Position numbers and translations under genes: made by a program. The notes under the pieces were generated by a model that did no database searches, was not told the origin of the DNA, and saw only the letters and a list, made by a program, of their open reading frames with translations. A DNA stretch of 64,000 nucleotides from Ophelia neglecta (taxonomy: Eukaryota), in NCBI GenBank assembly GCA_965285935.1, contig OZ260662.1, forward strand, positions 21,390,001 through 21,454,000. Reading direction: 5' to 3'. Below, piece after piece: positions 57,821-64,000 of this stretch. How positions within the stretch are numbered: the first letter of the stretch is position 1; the number at the start of each line of letters is the position of its first letter.

Positions 57821-57939
57821 CAAGGTTACAGTTCCTGTCAATAAATCGTCGTACTAAATGGTAAAATATTTGTCTTTACTCCGTTGGCGTTCGCAGCGTT
57901 CTAAGATACCCAGGCTTTGATCTGCTTTCGGAGACTCAC

Positions 57940-58026
57940 CTACGGTTTCCCTGTCCCTCTCTAGATAAACAAAGACATTGAGTGGATGCTGAGCTTCATG
58001 ACAGGTGTCGCTTTTACCTTTACAAT
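57940..58026 (-). other. Candidate 87-nt symmetric exon of an unidentified host gene
   Basis: ttttcattcctcag|ATTGT...CCGTAG|gtgagt; open only in phase 1 (xCKGKSDTCHEAQHPLNVFVYLERDRETV). No homology evidence. Confidence 0.35.
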
Positions 58027-58714
58027 CTGAGGAATGAAAATCTTCGCAGGCTTATTTCGAGCTAAATTTCGGGGTGTCGACTGAGTTAATCAACCTCCCT
58101 ATATAGGTCGCCATGTATAATGTCTACCTGCAGAAATCCACCAAATTCTGACAATTGTTCTAATTGTTGCCCCCAATTCATGTAAAAACGATGGACGTCT
58201 CCCTTCAGCGTAACAGCTACAAAGTATGAGAGATATGTTAAAATTAAATAATCAGAGTGAGGCAATTGAATTAAAATAATGATGAACGTCAATCCACAGC
58301 ATAGCATACGTGTAATTAACAATTGATCCCTGATCATTATATACCCAGGTCACGCATAGGTGCAGGTCCTTGATTTGGTGATTACGATCCGAGAGTAAAC
58401 GACAGAACCGGCTTATAGCCGCCTTATTATGTGTTATATAACATTATCTGCTGCGCCGACATCTCTCAGTAATACTAATAATGAAAAGGAAAGCAACTAG
58501 ACAGCTAATTGGAAAATGCAATTTCGAATTCAAATTCTGATTCCTCGGTTTCAAGTGAAACCAGTCGTCCACTTATTTATTCTACTTATTGTACTTTGTA
58601 ATTGAAATTAAAACGTCCGTCCGCCGTAAGTTTCTCTTACTCTCCAAAACCTGAGATACCCCTTGAAAAAAAGTGAGTTTTTGTCGAGTTTTCTTGTCGA
58701 GACGTCTATTCTGA

Positions 58715-59390
58715 CCCTATCTCCTTGGCTGGTATTTGGATCCCTGGAATCTCTCAGAGCTGGTATTTGGATGTCTGGTATTCTCTGGGCTATGATTTGG
58801 CTTGCTGATATCTCTCCGAGATGGTATTTGTATGCATTTTGTCACTCAGGCCTGTCATTTTGCACCCTGGTACATTCTTGTGTATCTCTGAGCTAGTATT
58901 TGTATCTGAAGTATCACTCAGGTCTGTCATTTGGCTCCCTGGTACATTCTTGTGTCTATCTCAGCTAGTATTTGTATGTATTCTATCACTCAGGTCTGTC
59001 ATTTGGCTCCCCGGTACATTCTTGTGTCTATCTCAGCTAGTATTTGTATGTATTCTATCACTCAGGTCTGTCATTTGGCTCCCTGGTACATTCTTGTGTC
59101 TATCTCAGCTAGTATTTGTATTTATTCTATCACTCAGGGCTGCCATTTGGCTCCTGGTACATTCTTGTGTCTATCTCAGCTAGTATATGGTTCCTGGGTA
59201 TCCCCCTGCTGCTGTTTGGCTCCCTTGTTTTTCTCTGGGCAGGTAATTGAATGCCTGGTATCTCTCTCGGCTCTTATTTAGCGTCCTAGTATATCTGTGG
59301 GCTGTTAATTGGCTTCATGCTATCTCTCTGGGGTCGTATTTGGCTTCCTCGTATCTCTTTGGGTTTGCATTTGCTTTCCTTGTTTCCTGG
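58715..59390. repeat. Tandem array of about 30-bp monomers with a central 72-bp higher-order repeat (about 5 copies, 58822-59185)
   Basis: 72-bp unit GTATTTGTATGTATTCTATCACTCAGGTCTGTCATTTGGCTCCCTGGTACATTCTTGTGTCTATCTCAGCTA, flanked by diverged TATCTCTxxGGCTxxTATTTGGCTxCCTGG monomers. Confidence 0.9.
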
Positions 59391-59467
59391 CCTCTCGCTA
59401 AGCTGATACCCTTATTTTCGAAGAGGGGATATTATTCCCTTAAAGGTAATGCAATGTCATACATAAG

Positions 59468-59667
59468 GGATTTATAGAATAGAATAGTTTCCTGGGTCAA
59501 ACAGCAATTCACACACGGACTAAATCTCCAAAAGTGGCCGCAAATCTTTCAGGAAACAGACTATATACGGATTTATAGAATAGAATAGTTCTTTTTGTCA
59601 CACAGCAGTCCACACACGGACTATATATCCAAAAGTGGACGGAAGTCTTTCAGGAAAGAGACTCTAT
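59468..59667. repeat. Two-copy tandem duplication, about 100 bp
   Basis: GGATTTATAGAATAGAATAGTT...CACACACGGACTA...CCAAAAGTGG...TCTTTCAGGAAA occurs twice. Confidence 0.85.
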
Positions 59668-59859
59668 TTATCGTCTCATTTCCAAATGTATGGGTTTTTT
59701 GTGATATCAAAAGCAAAAGTGAAGCGAATTGTGTGGGACAAAATGATGACCGCCAAAAATCACTTCAATCTCACATACACAAAAACCTGATTCGGCCGGT
59801 GTGTGGTTTGATGCCAATGGATCCGACAAAAAAACGATACACATATCTGCCCTATGTAT

Positions 59860-60300
59860 GAAGATAAACGAAGCCATTTTAGCAGCCATTGAATACGCTC
59901 CACTGGCAGACACCTTTTTAAAAGGAAATGCCTGATTCAGCGTATCAATGGCTTTCTGTAGATCTAATATCTTCATCCCTGTTAGGTAGCCTTCACCCAT
60001 ATGACACGTGACTAAACCGGCAATCTATTGATCAATTCCTGTCTGAAAGCGGACTATCAAGAGTTAATCAGGTTATCTTACATGTGCTGATTAGGTTGGT
60101 TACACACAGCCCTTTCCAAGATTTAAGGACAATACAGAATAAAAGGATTTTTGAATGTTTTTAATCACCCTTTTGTGCCCCCTTCTTTACTGGTATGCAC
60201 CAATCGAGCATGCCTGAAGATGCTGGACACTTCACCATTTCTAACAGACAATTTTCTGTTTTTATGCTAAGATGGATAATATCTTCTCCACACAGGCTGA
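59860..60300 (-). mobile_element. Old CR1-group LINE RT fossil
   Basis: CIPVKKGAQKGD and MGEGYLTGMKILDLQKAIDTLNQ (cf. TG.V.LDLQKAFDTVNH); heavily decayed; may extend to about 60900. Confidence 0.6.
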
Positions 60301-63300
60301 CTGTAGATTCTCTACAAAATCTACATTTGCTGATAGTGTAGCTAATCACCTCTTGTTCGGCAAGATGGTCTCAAAACGCCTTTCATTGTGAGCTTCCAGA
60401 AGGTTATGGCAATGAGACCACATTCGCCTTACCAGTACACTCTCCATGGAAACCGAGTTTCAATGACATATTAAAGAAAAGTATTGTGTTTTTTTACGCC
60501 CATTCAACATGTCATTGGTCAATATGTCGTTTCGAGACACAACAAGCTCTGATAAGCATGGTACCTGCCGTAATACAGATATTGCAGGTGTGTTCTCGGC
60601 CCTCTATTAAGATAACCACTGCCAAGTCCAGACACAGTAACTGTAACATGCTTCGAGCCAAATGAAAGCCAGACAACGTATGTGCTTGGGCTAGATTATA
60701 TTGCCTTCATGTACAAAAGAAGACATCCGTGTTCAACTGATAAAACTTGATGTGCTATAATGTTTTCAGGCAGTATGGAGCTCTATATTGGCCAAACTAG
60801 AATGAAACACCACTAAAATACTGGTCCAATTCGTCGCAGAAACCTTTCAAAAACCCTCATCTTGTATGAAAATGATTTTTAAATTTATCCTTGCTCCTAG
60901 AAGTGAACATAGACAGCCTAAAACCAGTCTGTTTAGTTCATGATATAGTGTCGCCAACTAGAAAGTGCACTATCTATTGTATTGTCACTTTTTTTCTCAT
61001 ATAAGAGGTAAAAGACAATAGACACAACCCACAATTGAGTGATGACATATTATTACAGTATGAATTGCCCTAAGGTGCTAACCTGGGCCGTAGACGAACC
61101 TACAAATCTCTGAAAGACACGTTGAAAGACGGAACGGATGATTTGTCTCTGTCAGGCGGGTATGCACTCCCCTTTTTAAAGTAGGAAATTGGAGTATCAA
61201 GAAATTGCTTACCTCTGGTACAGACCAAACCGAATCAGTTAATGCAAAGCCTCACTCGACCAGAGGACACACCAGGTGAGCGACTGTTTGCATCTGTGTC
61301 ATCAACGCATAATCAAGTAATAGGGATTATTAAAAATTTGCTGATTTACCACTCTTTCGCAAAAAATAAGGCCCAGGTAACGGGCAATTAAAGTCCAATG
61401 TTTGTAAGAGATAGGATATTCGACTAATCAAATTTCTATTGATCACTACATCAATCTCGAGCTCCTAAACACTAAATACACTTGTCACGCAAACGTTAGT
61501 TAATGAAAGCACAAACCTGTTATCACTTGCAAAGAAAAGTAGTCACCACTGGCTTTTGTTTAAAAGCGGAGGCGCGAGCCATGCGGGGGTAAATTCCCAG
61601 ATAAGAACAGAGCGCTAGACCTATTAAACTTGTCTCTTACCCTTTCCCTAAACCTTAAATTAACCCACAGATATAACCCTTGCCTTGCCGATAATTTATT
61701 GCTTTGTGTCACCAAGAAATACCCATGACCTCCGCCTCCGCAGACCCTCCCCCCTACCGCGTTTAATTAATAGGCTCACCACTTGTCCATGATGCGGGTC
61801 AGAAAACAAACCAGTGAGTGGTCGCCGTAGGACAGAGATGAAAATGTTTCCTTGGAGAGACTATAATGTTTAAGCTCTCGCAAATTAAATACAATATGCA
61901 AATATTCCAGTAGAGACATTTGTCAAATCGAGAAGTTTTGTGTGCCACTCAGAAGGTAAATAATTGTCAGAGACGCAATATGGGTTACTTTGTTTGTTAA
62001 CTTTGTTTTCATTGAAGTACATTTGCCTTCACAATGGGCCAATGTGCTTGGCGCCCGGCTTGGCAGCAGGTTTGGGGCAGTTTTCCGGCCTTAAGGACAC
62101 TCACTAACTGTTCCTACAAACCGATGAATAGCAAAAATGTAAAGTCGTTTGTCCATTCCTTAGATAGCATGTTAACAGGAAGATTAAAAAACCTTTCCAT
62201 CTTCAACCTGTCACTCAGTGTAGGGCGACTGCAGCAGAGTCGTCCGATTTATCTTCCGGTCCGATGCTTATTCCGGAAGCTGTTGACACTAATTACTGCA
62301 AAACTGCCTTCTCTCTATCATGATCCGAGGGAACTAGGGACTATGAATGAACGTATTGTCATTGGCTGTGGTTGGGGTGGTTGGATCCCGGTGGCTTGAT
62401 GCAGGCCAGCCACCGAAATAGTCAGGTCCCTCAAGAGGCCAGGTACACACAAAAAAACACATATTCGATTCAGTCCGCACTGCTGGTTTTTTTTCTCAAA
62501 CGAGGTCCCACTCCTGATGCTTACGAAGGAGCTGAAGGACAATGATCAGATGAGTTGATTTTGTCAAAGGATTTCTCCATCTTTTTTGCTAAAAGATGCA
62601 AAATCATGAGAAAAATTATCCTATTTGTACAAGTAGCAGCTGACAAGTCAATATGGTTAGAAAAAATGCAACAACATATATCATTTTTCTGAATTCATTT
62701 TTTGAAGATTGAGCCCACTTTTCTCGCATAGGGCGGGTTTGCGCCAAATCACTCGAAGCCTTCTTTGACCATCTAGTAGCATTCATTGTTGGTACAGTTT
62801 GGGCCCTGCACCGTATAGCTCTGGTTATTTTTTATTAACTGATACTACCAACTACTGTTCACCATTGTTTTATTCTGCCAACGGTCGGTTGGCCTAGTTC
62901 CAAAATGTCGTCGGCCTGTGAACGCGACCAAACCTGTTGCATATCCTCCAATTATTCCAAGTATGCGATCAGTTTTCTGTCCAATACTATGTCTAGATAT
63001 AGGCCATATCACGTTGATGGAAAAGAGGGTCTATATGTGAAGATGAAGTTTGAGTTCAAAATTTCCCTTGGGAACTTCTTTATGACTGTTGACCACGAAT
63101 TCAAACTAAAGGGACTTGTTGCGATTTCTCACCCTGCGCCGCGCTTGTCAACTGCACTTGGCTTGCATCTCATGTGGTGACGTCATAAGGTCACTTCACC
63201 AAATGAAAAGCTCTATATAAACACTGGCGAGCCGTATGTTCATAGTTTGCCAAAATGGGACTTTACTTAAGACAAAATATAAAATCAACAAATGGATAAA

Positions 63301-64000
63301 CCCACCTCAAAATTCTGTCGCTATATCCACCTTCTGCACCGGTCTAACTATTTATGCGCCAACTTATGCACTGGTCTAAAGCATGTGCTGTAAGGCTAAT
63401 GGACAGAGTGCCCAAATAGTTGGCCAGCAAATCTTGTTTTTTTTTCAGTTTGAATATCCTTTGATCAGTGATTTTTTACAACCTCATTCCCCTAATAATA
63501 TTTTTATAGATCATTTTATGCAGCTGTCAATCTGACTGTGCATTGCATATTCTATATATATGTATGTACATGTATATTTATATTGGTGGTTTGAATTTCC
63601 AGGTGGTCTGGTTGGAGAGGTAACCTGTAAAGGTTTTATACTCAACGTTTCGAGTCTACGTTTTTATTACCTATTTTTTTATACAAATGTTTAAAACAGG
63701 TTTTTCAAGTTTTGCATAAAGTTTATTTTTATTTTCAAGTTTTATTTTTTATTAAAAGGTTTCGTAAAATTGGTTACATAATTTTTTATTCACATTTGCC
63801 TTACATGTTTGTGGTAATATTATTGTCACATATTAAAAAGGTACTTACAATATTGTTTAACGTTTCGAGTTTACTTTTTAACACTCATTTAGATAATTTT
63901 ATATACATTTAAAACGTTTGCCTTAAATTTTGTGGCTAACCTTTTTATTTAATATAAAAAAAGGTGTTTATAACATTCTTTTGACTTTTTGTTCTGAGAG

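Noticed and set aside
58821-59477. Hydrophobic repeat-protein ORFs
   Set aside because: Translations of the 72-bp and 30-bp tandem array; several frames are open and there is no gene context.
62030-64000. Possible DNA-transposon remnants and AT-rich AACGTTTCGAG repeats
   Set aside because: No matching TIR pair, TSD or protein motif could be established within the window.

Overview
This is AT-rich eukaryotic DNA, most likely from a marine invertebrate (inferred from the TE repertoire), with no intact host protein-coding gene recognisable. 1-20 kb is mostly intergenic or intronic, with PIF/Harbinger remnants, MITEs and a minisatellite. 20.3-25.7 kb holds a melatonin-receptor-like class A GPCR pseudogene split into two halves by an L2 LINE, which itself abuts a Myb/SANT-carrying Harbinger derivative. 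A tRNA-Thr(TGT) gene sits at 28.7 kb. 29.2-40.0 kb is a complete-ended but decayed tyrosine-recombinase retrotransposon (DIRS order, PAT/Ngaro-type split direct repeats A1...B1A2...B2; gag, RT-RH-MT, YR). Its YR gene is interrupted by a full-length Proto2/RTEX-group LINE with a 20-bp TSD. 45.1-50.1 kb is an intact RTEX-like LINE whose ORF1 and AUG-less ORF2 are in frame and separated by a single UAG. 52.5-57.8 kb is an intact, very young gypsy-like LTR element with identical 174-bp non-TG/CA LTRs, a 3-bp TSD (Troyka-type) and a bipartite tRNA-Leu PBS. The most notable unexplained structures are the loxP-like core site at the YR element's B/A junction, structured RNA motifs and a putative intron inside that element, the probable readthrough ORF1-ORF2 fusion, and the strong minus-strand bias of retroelements from 29 to 61 kb.
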